A stretch of 56,018 bases of DNA from a virus. Taxonomy: Duplodnaviria > Caudoviricetes. Positions within the stretch are counted from its first letter, which is position 1. Each line of letters begins with the position of its first letter. The stretch covers positions 1 to 56,018 of IMG/VR virus record IMGVR_UViG_3300043409_000151; one strand, written 5' to 3'. A program made the position numbers and the translations under genes. This document shows positions 35,986 to 46,184 of this stretch, piece by piece. Below the pieces are notes generated by a model. The model did no database searches. It was not told where the DNA came from and saw only the letters and a list, made by a program, of their open reading frames with translations.

Positions 35986-38824
35986 TCATCTTGAGTTGAC
36001 CGTAGGCCATGTTTTCGATGGCTTGGTCTGCGTCACTCAGGATACCCTGCAACCGTGGGTGCGTGAGGTTCACGCCAATCACATAGGACTGGCCCAGCTT
36101 GATCGGTGAGTCTTTGCCGAGGTACGCCTTGTTGGACTTCGGTGTGGCGATCACGCTCTCGTCCTGCATCTCACCCATGAACGTCTTGTAGTCTGCGCCG
36201 CGCTGCGCCAGCCAACGACGGAAGTGGGTGCGGTCAAGCATCACAGTGCCATGTGAGAACACGTCGCCGTTTGTCTTGCGGTACATCTCGAAGCGCACCC
36301 GCAGTTCACCACGAGGCACACGACTGAAGTCCACCATCGGCTTGTTGGTTCCCGTCTGGGTAACGGTCAGCGTGGCGTCAGAGTTCTCGTTGAGGTACTC
36401 GGTCAGCAGGTCGAACGCATCAATCTTGAAATCGGATACAGCGCGGCGAATGGCACCCACCTGCGCCAGCACCCACTCGATCCCATCCTTGTGGTCATAG
36501 GCAATCAAGCCCCACTCTTTCGCCAGCCGTGCAGCCAGATCAGCGAGGATGATGGACTGCTCCCAGAAGCGTTCCTCACCAGAGAACTGTGCCTTGTATT
36601 TGCCCCGGAAGTCCTCGGTGGCCTGCGCAATGGCAGCGCGGATGCCTGTCTCGCCCAACTCCAACAGCCGCTTGATGAACTCACGACCGACGTGGCCGTA
36701 GTTGGCGTTGATGAACTCGTAGATTTTCCGGCCAGCCGTGCTGTCCTTGGTGAACAGCTTGCTTGGTGGTACGCTGACTTCAAGGATACGGGCCAACTGC
36801 GCGTCGGTATCCAGCCCGCTGGCGATCAGCTTGGAGTTCATAGACTTGTTGGTGGATACGATGACTGGCAACGCCCACGTCTTGGCGTCACGTTCCTCAG
36901 CGTTGCGGTTCATGCGGGCCTTGTCCCGACCCTGACTCACCCAGTACGCAAAGTCGCCCACCTCCTTGTTGTCCATCATGGTCACTTCGTCGATGGTCAT
37001 GGGCATGTGGGAGTACAGACCCATGCGACCGAACAGTGAGTTCTGCGTGAACTTGGCTGCGAAGTGCAGCTTGTCGGGGTTGCCGTAGATGGACTGAATC
37101 CACATCTGGGCCAGTGACTTGCCGCCACCTGTCGGGCCGTAGAGCGAGACAGTCAAACCCTTGAGGCCAGTGAACGCATACAGCGGGCCAGAGAAACCTA
37201 CGGCCAGCGCAAACATGTGCGCTCGGAGGTCGGCCTTGTCGAGCAGCGCGGTGAAGTTCACCCATGCGTCCTTCGACCCAGCGGTGTGCCAGAGTTCATG
37301 GCCTAGCCGAGCAGAGCCGGAGGCCAGAGCGATTGATTCTTCACTGACGGAGCCATCAGTGTTGCGACGCAGAACCGTGTCCCCGATGACAAACTGGGAG
37401 AAGTTTTCCTTCCAACCCATCGTGGCGTACAGGTTTGTCATCGCACGTTTCTGCCGCAACTCGTCCATATATGAGCGCAGCATGATCTGGAAATATCCTG
37501 TTTGATTACGGTTGAGAAGAACGATGCCTTGGTCGGCAAGCACCGTGGCGAAATCGCGGTGGCCCTCGGTCAGCAGGGCTTGGCGCATCACAAGTTCTTG
37601 CCACCCAAGGTGCGGACGGTTCCAGTGGAAGCGCACCGTCTCGTAGCCGAGTGACTCGTCCTTGCCGTAGCCCACGGGGTAGATGTCAAACTTGCACACG
37701 TCGATGTCTGTCTCGTCCACGGTCATCTTGATGCCGTCAGCAGTGCGCTTGAACGGGCGGGGCAGTGGGACATCATGCGCTGTGGTGTCAGGGGCGGTGG
37801 TCGATGGCGCGACTTCGAGGTACTGGATACCGAGTCGGGCCGGGGTGCCCACCTTGTCTTTGAACTTGCAACCCTTGCAGCCAGCAGGCCGAAGCTCCTC
37901 AAACTTCTTGCAGGTTGACGGGCCTGTCGTTGCCGTTTTCCAATGTGATAGCTTGCGCAGCGTCTCGCTGGCGTTGTATCCGGGGTGCTGATCTGACCAC
38001 GATATGGCCGTGGCCTCTGGGTCTTGGCAGTGTGCAGCCACACCGATCATGGCGTACCAGAAGGGTTCCTCTACATCACCTTGGTTCTTCGCCGCCCAGC
38101 CGATCTGCTGGCACTTGGTGGCGATCACGGTTGCGTTGGCTGGAGGAAAGTCCTGCTGTACCTGCAACGCTTGTGCCAACGGACTGCTGGATGTTGAACG
38201 TGACTGGCTCATAGGATGAGCCACCATGTACGCCGACAGGCAAGCAGCCAACTGCTCGACTACCACAGGCTGGGCGTCAATGAGCATCCGCACCTGAGTG
38301 CCGCTCTTGGGGTTGGTGGTTCCTACGGGGCGCAGCACCCGCGCCGAGTCGGCGGGTACAGCCGGGTCAATCTCGAAGCCCTTGTCCTTGGCAGCAGCCT
38401 TCATGGCCTCAGCCAGCGGCTTCCACCGCAACGGTTCAAGCTCCTCGGTCAGCACCCAGTAAACGTGCAGTCCGTTGCCCGAGTGGATGATCAGCGGTTT
38501 GGGTAGCCCCATCTGCTGGATGAACCGACCTGTTGCAGCCAGTCCTTCCCTCCACGTGGGGTACGGTTTGCCGTCTCCGCAATCGACATCCAGTGCGATC
38601 ACCTTGGTCGCCCGGACGTTCTCCTGTTTTCTATTCCCCTTCTCGACGAATGCCGAGATGGCGAAGTATGTGTTGTTGCCGCGCTGGTCAAGACCAGTCA
38701 CTGCTTTTGCGAGTTCTTCTACTGTAGCAAAGAATCCTTGGCGTCTGCCATCTGGGTTGATGACTGTGGTGACATAGAAACCTGCCGACGGTAGAACCCG
38801 CTGAAGAAAATTCAACGTGTCCAT
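35975..38824 (-). CDS. Primase-helicase (AEP/RepB-like primase + DUF927 + P-loop helicase)
   Basis: LDVDC and HSGNGLHVYW primase motifs, CKGC Zn site, Walker A GPTGGGKS, Walker B TIDE. Confidence 0.85.
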   Translation of the reverse strand: MDTLNFLQRVLPSAGFYVTTVINPDGRRQGFFATVEELAKAVTGLDQRGNNTYFAISAFVEKGNRKQENVRATKVIALDVDCGDGKPYPTWREGLAATGRFIQQMGLPKPLIIHSGNGLHVYWVLTEELEPLRWKPLAEAMKAAAKDKGFEIDPAVPADSARVLRPVGTTNPKSGTQVRMLIDAQPVVVEQLAACLSAYMVAHPMSQSRSTSSSPLAQALQVQQDFPPANATVIATKCQQIGWAAKNQGDVEEPFWYAMIGVAAHCQDPEATAISWSDQHPGYNASETLRKLSHWKTATTGPSTCKKFEELRPAGCKGCKFKDKVGTPARLGIQYLEVAPSTTAPDTTAHDVPLPRPFKRTADGIKMTVDETDIDVCKFDIYPVGYGKDESLGYETVRFHWNRPHLGWQELVMRQALLTEGHRDFATVLADQGIVLLNRNQTGYFQIMLRSYMDELRQKRAMTNLYATMGWKENFSQFVIGDTVLRRNTDGSVSEESIALASGSARLGHELWHTAGSKDAWVNFTALLDKADLRAHMFALAVGFSGPLYAFTGLKGLTVSLYGPTGGGKSLAQMWIQSIYGNPDKLHFAAKFTQNSLFGRMGLYSHMPMTIDEVTMMDNKEVGDFAYWVSQGRDKARMNRNAEERDAKTWALPVIVSTNKSMNSKLIASGLDTDAQLARILEVSVPPSKLFTKDSTAGRKIYEFINANYGHVGREFIKRLLELGETGIRAAIAQATEDFRGKYKAQFSGEERFWEQSIILADLAARLAKEWGLIAYDHKDGIEWVLAQVGAIRRAVSDFKIDAFDLLTEYLNENSDATLTVTQTGTNKPMVDFSRVPRGELRVRFEMYRKTNGDVFSHGTVMLDRTHFRRWLAQRGADYKTFMGEMQDESVIATPKSNKAYLGKDSPIKLGQSYVIGVNLTHPRLQGILSDADQAIENMAYGQLKMITP

Positions 38825-38842
38825 ATTGCCCCTGCCTAAACA

Positions 38843-38860
38843 GGGAGGGTTGCCCCTCCC
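38843..38860 (-). terminator. Intergenic hairpin before primase-helicase
   Basis: GGGAGGG-TTGC-CCCTCCC. Confidence 0.5.
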
Positions 38861-38867
38861 CGCCACC

Positions 38868-39155
38868 TTATTGATCTGAGTTCAGAATAACCATGAGGCG
38901 CTCTTTGCGCTGCTTCTGATCTGACGCAATCACTTCTGGGGTGGGCCAGTTGTGTTGCGTCATCACATCCAACAGCTTGCGCAGCATTGCTCGGACGGAC
39001 TCATCATTGGATTTGCGAAGTGGTTTGCCCTTCACCCATCCATAATAAGTCATCCGGGACACTCCCAACAACTCGGACATGTCCAAGGTTGTCAGGAGCA
39101 TATGCTTGCGCAACGCCTCGACTTTGGAAAAGTCAAGAGGCGGCTTAGGCGTCAT
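38868..39155 (-). CDS. Helix-turn-helix (Cro/XRE-like) DNA-binding protein
   Basis: LRKHMLLTTLDMSELLGVSRMTYYGWVKG. Confidence 0.8.
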   Translation of the reverse strand: MTPKPPLDFSKVEALRKHMLLTTLDMSELLGVSRMTYYGWVKGKPLRKSNDESVRAMLRKLLDVMTQHNWPTPEVIASDQKQRKERLMVILNSDQ

Positions 39156-40143
39156 CTGCGTTCACCTCCCCAACGAGAGCAGCGATCTCGTCGGCCAGTG
39201 AGGAGGCAGCATCCGCAGCAGGGGCAGCGGCAGCAGCTTTGGCAGCAGGCTTGGCAGCAGGGGCGGCAGCGGCAGGTGCAGCGACCGGTTTGGATGCGCC
39301 GAAACCACGCTTAGGTGCAGCAGCCTGTGTTGGTGCAGGGGCAGGTGCAGGTTCCTCAACGGGTGGTGCTGCTTTGACAGCGGGCTTCGGCGCAACTGGT
39401 GCAGCGGCACGTGCAATCTGGGGCACAGCCACTGGCGTTCTAAGGGTTTCCCCGGTGATCTCTTTGACCTGCTCGGAACCGAACAGACCGTCAACAACTT
39501 CTTGCATGTCGGCGTCAAGGAACCCACCGAAGGTGAACTTCAGCTTGGGGAACGACGCATCAGTGTCGAAGGATACACGAGTCTTGACGATCTCAGGCGG
39601 GATGCCACGCACGGACAGTTCCTTCTGGTACTGGTTCAAACCCTTGAGTGCAGCGGGTGTGACCGACAGCAGGTAGACCGGGCCAGATGGATCATCAGCC
39701 GAGACGACGGCCAGACGCTTGTTGTCCGAACACGCCTTAACTTGTTGTCCGGTGGGTGTCACCTTGGAACCCCACGCATTGTGCGGGCAGCTTGCGCACA
39801 GATCGTTCTGCGCATCCTCAGCTTCTGGGTCAGGCGAGACACCATCGAGCGAGTAGCAGTCAGGTGCAGCAGGCTCTGCGTCCTTGTCCCATGCCTTGGC
39901 ATACCAAGTCTTGGACAGTCGGGGGTTGGCACCGACGATCACCACGTCGAGGGCCGTGGACTCCAGCACAGTTTCAGTGTCGCCTTCCTTGATGCGGAAG
40001 CGGCTGGCCTTGATGGAAATCTTGGGGAACGACTGACCAGAGGACAGGCCACCAGTCAAGGCAGCGCCGAGGATAGAGGGAACACCCACACGACTTGCGA
40101 GGTGGGCGGGGACTTGGATATTCACGGGTACGATGTTGCTCAC
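39145..40143 (-). CDS. Putative single-stranded DNA-binding protein
   Basis: GTG start after AAGGAG; LDVVIV, CASCPHNAWGS...KAC Zn motif, Ala/Pro linker, acidic tail. Confidence 0.6.
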   Translation of the reverse strand: MSNIVPVNIQVPAHLASRVGVPSILGAALTGGLSSGQSFPKISIKASRFRIKEGDTETVLESTALDVVIVGANPRLSKTWYAKAWDKDAEPAAPDCYSLDGVSPDPEAEDAQNDLCASCPHNAWGSKVTPTGQQVKACSDNKRLAVVSADDPSGPVYLLSVTPAALKGLNQYQKELSVRGIPPEIVKTRVSFDTDASFPKLKFTFGGFLDADMQEVVDGLFGSEQVKEITGETLRTPVAVPQIARAAAPVAPKPAVKAAPPVEEPAPAPAPTQAAAPKRGFGASKPVAAPAAAAPAAKPAAKAAAAAPAADAASSLADEIAALVGEVNADDA

Positions 40144-40159
40144 TTTGAGACTCCTTGGG

Positions 40160-40546
40160 TTAGTGAGATGGGTTGGCTTGTTGGGTACCGACAAGACCAG
40201 CGGTTTTTGATTTAGGGACGATGTTCACTTGCTTGCGCTGTTCAGCAAACATGTCTTGCTGCACACCAAGGCGATCCTTCATCGCCGACGAAACGATGTG
40301 ATCAGCAATGGCTTGATGGTCGGCGCAGTACACGAAGCCGGGATAGCGGCCACCAATTCTGTCTTCGTTGTGGCGCAGGGTGCGCACCAAGAATCCGTTC
40401 TCAATCTGGAACGCCACGATAGAGGCACCAGATTCAGACAACATATCCTGCAATCTGTTGGTGGAGCGAATTGATTCCATCGGGCCATTTGCTTGTGCCC
40501 CCTCATAGGCTGCTTTCGCTAGCCACTTCTTAAATGCTTTGATCAT
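40160..40546 (-). CDS. Hypothetical protein
   Basis: GAGGA SD; continuous with the operon. Confidence 0.65.
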   Translation of the reverse strand: MIKAFKKWLAKAAYEGAQANGPMESIRSTNRLQDMLSESGASIVAFQIENGFLVRTLRHNEDRIGGRYPGFVYCADHQAIADHIVSSAMKDRLGVQQDMFAEQRKQVNIVPKSKTAGLVGTQQANPSH

Positions 40547-40548
40547 TG

Positions 40549-40995
40549 TCAGTCCTCTGCCTTGGCACCGGGTTTGCGAATGTTCACCTCCAGCTTGGTG
40601 CCGTATGTAATGCCGGGGGGAACTGCTTTGTTTGCTTCGATGTATCCACGCACAGCGATCTTGCTCACACGCTTCTCCAGCATGTCGTAGGCATCGTTGT
40701 CGCGGATGAATGTCAGCACTGCATCCCAGTCGCCCACGTTTGCATAGTCCGTGGTGGTCAGGAAAGCGGTGCCGTAGTCCGACTTGAAACTGGTCAAGCC
40801 CTGCGCGTCCATCTGCGTCTTGAGGAACGCTTCGAGCTTCTCCAGCTTGGCCTTGATCGTGGACACTTCGTCCTTGACCCGAGCCTCGACGGCAGCTTTC
40901 TGATCGCGCAGCTTCATGTAGGTGCGGATCACATCACCTACGTTGGGCACGTTTATACGGAGTCGTGCGTCCGATGCTACTTCGTTGTCGCTCAT
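40549..40995 (-). CDS. Conserved coiled-coil replication-region protein
   Basis: YMKLRDQK...GLTSFKSDYGT...DWDA...LEKRVSK...VPPGI. Confidence 0.75.
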   Translation of the reverse strand: MSDNEVASDARLRINVPNVGDVIRTYMKLRDQKAAVEARVKDEVSTIKAKLEKLEAFLKTQMDAQGLTSFKSDYGTAFLTTTDYANVGDWDAVLTFIRDNDAYDMLEKRVSKIAVRGYIEANKAVPPGITYGTKLEVNIRKPGAKAED

Positions 40996-40999
40996 GTCA

Positions 41000-42565
41000 T
41001 CACCTTTGTGTTTGTTGTTGGATCAAGTCCAGCAGTAAGCCTTGCAACTTCTGCTTGTTTCTCAGTCGCTCGTACATCTTGTGCTCAAGATCAGTGGCCG
41101 CGATATGGATCACGTTGGACACGTTGCGCTTGCCGATACGCTCGATGCGACCGTTTGCCTGCACGTATATCTCGTTGCTGTTGATCGGCCCGTACCAGAT
41201 GATGGTCGATGCAGAGGTCAGTGTCAGACCATGCGCCATCGTGCCGGGGTGGGCAATCAATACCCGAGGGTCGCTCTGCTTTTGGAAGTCGTCAAATATC
41301 TTGTTGCGCTTCCCAGCGGAAACCTCACCGTTGACCACGCCCACCGTCCAGTGCTTGCTCAGTTCTTTCTCCAGCATGTGCAGGGTTCCTGTCAGTGGCA
41401 CGAACAGGATCACCTTCTCGCCAGCTTCTTCAATCACCTCCTTGACTAAGTTGATACGTGGTGAGCAGTCGATCTCAATGTTCTGACCGTCATCGCCATA
41501 CGCCACGCCGCAAGCGATCTGCACAAGTTTCTGAATCTTCACTGCCTCGTTGACTGCCGTGATGGTTCCACCTATCACGCGCTCCGCTGCCATCTCAGTC
41601 ACGAAGTGGCGCAGCATCTGCGTGTAGTGCTTCTTCTGGTCGGCAGTCAGTTCCACCTGCCGGGTCTGGATGATTGTGTCGGGCAAGTCAAAGCACTCGT
41701 CCCGTGTGTAACGCACAGCAGGTTGCAGGATGTGCTTCACGATGTCCACTGACTCAGGGCGCGGCACGAACTTCCACTGGCCGATCTTCATCATCACCTG
41801 CTCACGGAACGCCGTGAACGTCTTGGTGCAGTAGGGTGAACCCACCAGCTTGGCAAGTGCCCACGCATCAGTCGGGTCGTTGGGCGTCGGTGTCCCGGTC
41901 ATCATCCACAAACGTGCTTGTGGGTTGTTGTCCATCCAGCGGCGGAAAATTTTGAACCGCTGTGTCGATGGGTTGCGCAGCACTGCCGCCTCGTCCACGA
42001 TCACCAGATCGAACATGCCGTGGCACTCCTCCTTGATGATGGCAAAGCCCTCGTGGTTGACGATGTAGAAGTCAGCCTCAGTCTTGAGCAGCTTCATGCG
42101 TTTCTCAGCGGTGCCATGCAGCACCACGAACTTTCTATGAACCAATCCGGTAAAGATTCCGTCGCCCCACACGCGCTCCAACGTACTGAGCGGTGACATG
42201 ATCAGCACCTTCGTGACCTTCTTGGTCTTGATCAAGTAGTCCGCTGCCCACAATGCGCTCTGGGTTTTGCCAGTGCCGATCTCGTTGAGCACCAAGCAGC
42301 GGTGGTTGAGCGTCAGGAACGCAGCAGTCTCGCGCTGGTGGTCGAATGGGGTGTACTGCCCCGGCCAGTTGTAGTAATGCAGGATGGGGCTGGGTGCCTT
42401 GATCCCGAGGTTGCGCAGAACCTTGACCTCATCCAGACGGTGCGGCGTGATCACGATCTGGGTGCCACGCACATCCATAGCCTTGGCCGTGGCGATTGCG
42501 TCCAGCACCCGGTTCGGGTTGTTCAGTTTGAGGGCCAGAGCCTTGGCCTTCTCGACTACGAGCAT
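41000..42565 (-). CDS. SNF2-family helicase
   Basis: PFDHQ, EIGTGKT, IVDEA, MTGTP.PN, HGLTLT, QANGRIERIG. Confidence 0.9.
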   Translation of the reverse strand: MLVVEKAKALALKLNNPNRVLDAIATAKAMDVRGTQIVITPHRLDEVKVLRNLGIKAPSPILHYYNWPGQYTPFDHQRETAAFLTLNHRCLVLNEIGTGKTQSALWAADYLIKTKKVTKVLIMSPLSTLERVWGDGIFTGLVHRKFVVLHGTAEKRMKLLKTEADFYIVNHEGFAIIKEECHGMFDLVIVDEAAVLRNPSTQRFKIFRRWMDNNPQARLWMMTGTPTPNDPTDAWALAKLVGSPYCTKTFTAFREQVMMKIGQWKFVPRPESVDIVKHILQPAVRYTRDECFDLPDTIIQTRQVELTADQKKHYTQMLRHFVTEMAAERVIGGTITAVNEAVKIQKLVQIACGVAYGDDGQNIEIDCSPRINLVKEVIEEAGEKVILFVPLTGTLHMLEKELSKHWTVGVVNGEVSAGKRNKIFDDFQKQSDPRVLIAHPGTMAHGLTLTSASTIIWYGPINSNEIYVQANGRIERIGKRNVSNVIHIAATDLEHKMYERLRNKQKLQGLLLDLIQQQTQR

Positions 42566-42569
42566 GTCA

Positions 42570-42875
42570 TCACCTGTCTTTTCTGTTTTCGATTACTGCG
42601 TCCAACACTTCAAGAGTCACGTCGTTCGATACCACCAACCACGTGCCCCCTGCTTCTTCTATCTGCCTACCGCAAATCTTCTGCAACTCAGTGGGCTTCC
42701 CCGTTGCAGACTTCACTTCGATCCCAACAAAATGCCCATCAACGATGGCAATGATGTCTGGTATGCCTGACTTACCGAACCCGTTGTTGGCGGGGAAGAA
42801 GTACCACACCTCATGCTTCTTCAGTACCTCAACGACCTTACGTTTGACCTTGCCTTCTGGTGTCAATGCACTCAT
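42570..42875 (-). CDS. VRR-NUC nuclease (resolvase-like)
   Basis: TPEGKVK, GIPDII, IEVKS..GKPTELQ. Confidence 0.88.
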   Translation of the reverse strand: MSALTPEGKVKRKVVEVLKKHEVWYFFPANNGFGKSGIPDIIAIVDGHFVGIEVKSATGKPTELQKICGRQIEEAGGTWLVVSNDVTLEVLDAVIENRKDR

Positions 42876-42901
42876 TCTATACCCCTTTACACGAGTGTCA
42901 A
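42874..42901 (-). promoter_or_regulatory. Putative sigma70 promoter inside the replication arm
   Basis: Minus-strand TTGACA-N16-TAGAAT in the only AT-rich gap of the region. Confidence 0.5.
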
Positions 42902-42917
42902 GTTTTATTTTGTAAGG

Positions 42918-43574
42918 TTAAACCCTAGCATAGTCACAGTCGTGACGGCAGGGGCAGAACCGGCACAGCCCAGAGGGGCGGGCAGGCCAGTTGGCGTGGT
43001 CATAGGCGTCGTGGATGCGCTGGATGCGCTTCATAATCTCAGCCCAGATCGCGTTCATATTCACACGGGTGTACTGCTCGGTGTCCATCTCCATTGTCTT
43101 GAGCCACACGAGTGAAGTCTTCACCCGCTGCACATCCGGGAAGTGCTTGAACACCTGCGCTGCAAACATCTGCATCTGGAACTGGTCAGCGTTGCGCTTG
43201 CCTGTCTTCCAGTCCATGACCACAGCATCGTTGCCGATGATCACGAGTACGTCAAGTTTGCTGCGCAGCCATGCGTCAGCATCCCACCAACCTGTTGGTG
43301 TAAGGTTCTCGGTGAGCACCAGTTCGTACTCGATGTGCAGGGTGCCCTGCCTTGCCAGCTTCTCCACCGAAGCACACAGGGGTTCGTACTGCGCCACCTC
43401 TGAGTTCAATCCCGACCCTTTTAGTCGGTTTTCAAGGAACGCATGAATACGTTCTCCGTGCTTGGACGCTTCGCCGCCCTCGTCAACGACTTCCTTCTTG
43501 ATCCGTTGGCGGTAGTACCGCAACGGGCAATTCTCGAACAGCTTGATCGACGAGTATGAGTGGCTTAGGCGCAT
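42918..43574 (-). CDS. PD-(D/E)XK Cas4/RecB-like exonuclease
   Basis: SYSSIKLFENCP, HGERIH, KLDV, DWKTGK, CRFCPC; alternative GTG start at 43640. Confidence 0.88.
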   Translation of the reverse strand: MRLSHSYSSIKLFENCPLRYYRQRIKKEVVDEGGEASKHGERIHAFLENRLKGSGLNSEVAQYEPLCASVEKLARQGTLHIEYELVLTENLTPTGWWDADAWLRSKLDVLVIIGNDAVVMDWKTGKRNADQFQMQMFAAQVFKHFPDVQRVKTSLVWLKTMEMDTEQYTRVNMNAIWAEIMKRIQRIHDAYDHANWPARPSGLCRFCPCRHDCDYARV

Positions 43575-43652
43575 GGCAGTGTGCCCCACAGGGACTACCT
43601 GCGAGGGAGATGTAATGTTGGAACCACCAGTGTACACCACGGAGAACTCCTG

Positions 43653-43883
43653 TCAATCGGTCGTCATGCGGGTGATGCAGTCGTGCTTTGCCACCTCCAG
43701 CACAGCGATCAGCTTCATCATGTCGGCGATCCCCGTCGAGAATCGGTGGTAGTCCTTGCCGATCTTCACAAAGGCCAGCACCTCAGTGGCATCTTCACTC
43801 GCCTCAACCTGTTGCACGATGTGCTTCAGCAGGTCGATGGTGTCTTTGTTGCGCGGTTCGCGCTTGATTTCAGCGATGGTCAT
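43653..43883 (-). CDS. Hypothetical protein
   Basis: ATGA overlap, GAGGA SD. Confidence 0.65.
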   Translation of the reverse strand: MTIAEIKREPRNKDTIDLLKHIVQQVEASEDATEVLAFVKIGKDYHRFSTGIADMMKLIAVLEVAKHDCITRMTTD

Positions 43884-44065
43884 TTCTTTTCCTCGGGTGG
43901 ATCGAATCGGCAGGCGGTATGGACAACCTCACCCTGCCCGTAGTTGTAGAACTGCTGGCCTACCTCAAAGCGGCCATTGCAAATTGCGCAGCGGTGCGGG
44001 GCGAACGGCCCACCGGGTGGGAACAACTTGCTGTGCTCCCGTGGGTCTGGATGTATGGGCGTCAT
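43880..44065 (-). CDS. Small Zn-finger protein
   Basis: CAIC...HTAC; TGATG coupling to the polymerase gene. Confidence 0.6.
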   Translation of the reverse strand: MTPIHPDPREHSKLFPPGGPFAPHRCAICNGRFEVGQQFYNYGQGEVVHTACRFDPPEEKK

Positions 44066-45948
44066 CACGTGTCTCCATAGTTCGCAGCCATGCCAGATTC
44101 GCAGGCCACAGGTAAATCGGGTGCCCACTTGGGGGCGGTGGACATCAGGGCTTCGAGCTTGGCTTGGTCGGCCAGCGCGTTGTCCTCGGGCACAGCGACG
44201 ATGATCTCGTCGTGGACTTGGAAGGCCACCTTGAAGTGCAGTCCGGCAGCGGCCATCTGCTCACGGATCACCAATGCAGCAAGAGCTTGCACGATGTTCT
44301 CCGTCACCTTGCCACCATAGATGCGTGTCCATGCGATGTCGTCAGGGGGTGAGCCAGTGAGCACACGATCCTTGAGCGCCTTCTGATAGGTGCGGGCATC
44401 CGAGATGTACATGAAGCCGTTGGCCGTCTCGCGCAGCGCCGGGTACTGCACCCTGAACCCGTTGGGCAGGATGATGCCGCCCTTGTCGTAGCGCACCTTG
44501 GGGTGCAACTCGTTGCCACCACCGTACAACATGTCCTTGAGTGCTGCGCCGCACTTCTGCCAGAACTGCACGATCTTCCAGTTCTTCTGTCGGTACAGCC
44601 GGACGATCCGCTCTGCCTCATTGATGTCGATCACCACGTTGATGCCGCCTTGGCCGATCTCCAGTGTGCGTCTGAACTTCTCAGCGCCCATGCCGTAGCC
44701 CAGCCCAAGCACACAGGTCTTGCCGACGAACCGTTCGATCTTGTCAGCCTTGGTGATGGCACGACCGTAGACCTCAGTGGCGAACTCGGAGTACACATCC
44801 CGCTTGTCACGGAACGCCACCAGCAAGTCCTCTTGCCCAGCCAGCCATGCCACAGTACGTGCCTCGATCTGCGATGAGTCACATGAGATCAGCATCTGCC
44901 CCGGTGGTGCCTTCAGTGCCCTGCGGATGGTCGTGTTGCCACGACTTGGCAGGTTCTGGAGGTTGAGCTTGTCACCGCCACTGAAGCGCCCAGTGTGGGC
45001 ACCGTAGTAGTTGAGCATGATGGGCAGCTTGCCCCGTCCGGCCACACCGATCAGGTTCTCGGTGCGGGTTTCTTCGAGGGTGGACTTGACCCCGAGGCGA
45101 GCAGACACCGCTGCCTGCACACGTTCGTCAACATGTTCCAGCATGTCGGTCATGCCCTTGTCCGTCTTGGCGAAGGCCCATGACTCCTTGCCTGTCTTCA
45201 GACTGGTCTTGGTGGGCGGCTCCACACCCAACCGCTTGAGGTATTCAGCGAACTTGTCGTTGGACATGAGCATGTCCTGCACCGCCTGCGCCCCACCCAT
45301 GCCTTGGCCGAGGTCTTGGATCAAGGTGCGCTTGCGGGTGCGCACTTCCTCAAGATGCTTCTCCAGCAGTGGCACGTCAAGTTCAATCACTGGGTCGGTG
45401 TACATCCTCAGCGTCTGATCAATCACCAACAACTCGCTGGATGGGAAACCCACCTTGAGCTTGTCGAACAGTTGCTTGGTCATGTTCACATCGTTCTTGC
45501 AGTACTCGCCGTACTGCGCGAGGTCAGCCTCAGTGAAGTCAGCTTTGCGCTTGCCCAGTGCAGCCACCACCTCGTCGCCCTTCTTGCCCAGCCCGTAGTA
45601 CGCCGCCAGCTTGGCGAGTGAGCCACCCACCGTGACGTTGTGCAAGGGCCGCGCCATGCCCAGAGTGTCCAGCCACAGCCTTGGGTTGATGCCGAAATGC
45701 CACGACAGGATGGCCCCATCGAACGCTGTGTTGTGGCACAGGATGGCCCGCTTGCTGTAGTCCAGTGACTTGAGGAACTTGCCGGGGTTGTCGCCGCTGT
45801 ACCAGTCAGTGGGGTAGTCGTTGACCTTGACGCCCACTCCGATGACCTCGAACAAAGAACTGCGAACGTATTGCTCGGTGGTCATCTTCGACAGCGAGAA
45901 GTCCTTGTCGTAGTAGGTTTCAAAGTCGATGGTTACGATGTCCATCAT
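44065..45948 (-). CDS. polA: DNA polymerase, family A, with 3'-5' exonuclease
   Basis: IDFET, HNTAFD, TGRFSG, motif A DSSQIEAR, motif B RFVGKTCVLGLGYG, motif C QVHDEI. Confidence 0.93.
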   Translation of the reverse strand: MMDIVTIDFETYYDKDFSLSKMTTEQYVRSSLFEVIGVGVKVNDYPTDWYSGDNPGKFLKSLDYSKRAILCHNTAFDGAILSWHFGINPRLWLDTLGMARPLHNVTVGGSLAKLAAYYGLGKKGDEVVAALGKRKADFTEADLAQYGEYCKNDVNMTKQLFDKLKVGFPSSELLVIDQTLRMYTDPVIELDVPLLEKHLEEVRTRKRTLIQDLGQGMGGAQAVQDMLMSNDKFAEYLKRLGVEPPTKTSLKTGKESWAFAKTDKGMTDMLEHVDERVQAAVSARLGVKSTLEETRTENLIGVAGRGKLPIMLNYYGAHTGRFSGGDKLNLQNLPSRGNTTIRRALKAPPGQMLISCDSSQIEARTVAWLAGQEDLLVAFRDKRDVYSEFATEVYGRAITKADKIERFVGKTCVLGLGYGMGAEKFRRTLEIGQGGINVVIDINEAERIVRLYRQKNWKIVQFWQKCGAALKDMLYGGGNELHPKVRYDKGGIILPNGFRVQYPALRETANGFMYISDARTYQKALKDRVLTGSPPDDIAWTRIYGGKVTENIVQALAALVIREQMAAAGLHFKVAFQVHDEIIVAVPEDNALADQAKLEALMSTAPKWAPDLPVACESGMAANYGDT

Positions 45949-46184
45949 ATCTTCTTCGCTCCAATCTTTTTCTTGGTGGCTTGCACCAGTTCATACTGCT
46001 CGATGATCTCGGGGTAGTTCACCTGAACAAAGGCCAGCACGTTGGGTTGTGCGTGTACATGCTTTTCCAACTGGCCGATGCGTTGGTGCAGTTCGTCGAA
46101 GCGGTGCATCACTTCTCGTGGGTCGATGCCACTGCGCATCATCCTATCCCGGTAGTGCGGGTCTTCGAATGGTGAGAAGCTCAT
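45945..46184 (-). CDS. Hypothetical protein
   Basis: ATGA overlaps at both ends. Confidence 0.65.
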   Translation of the reverse strand: MSFSPFEDPHYRDRMMRSGIDPREVMHRFDELHQRIGQLEKHVHAQPNVLAFVQVNYPEIIEQYELVQATKKKIGAKKI

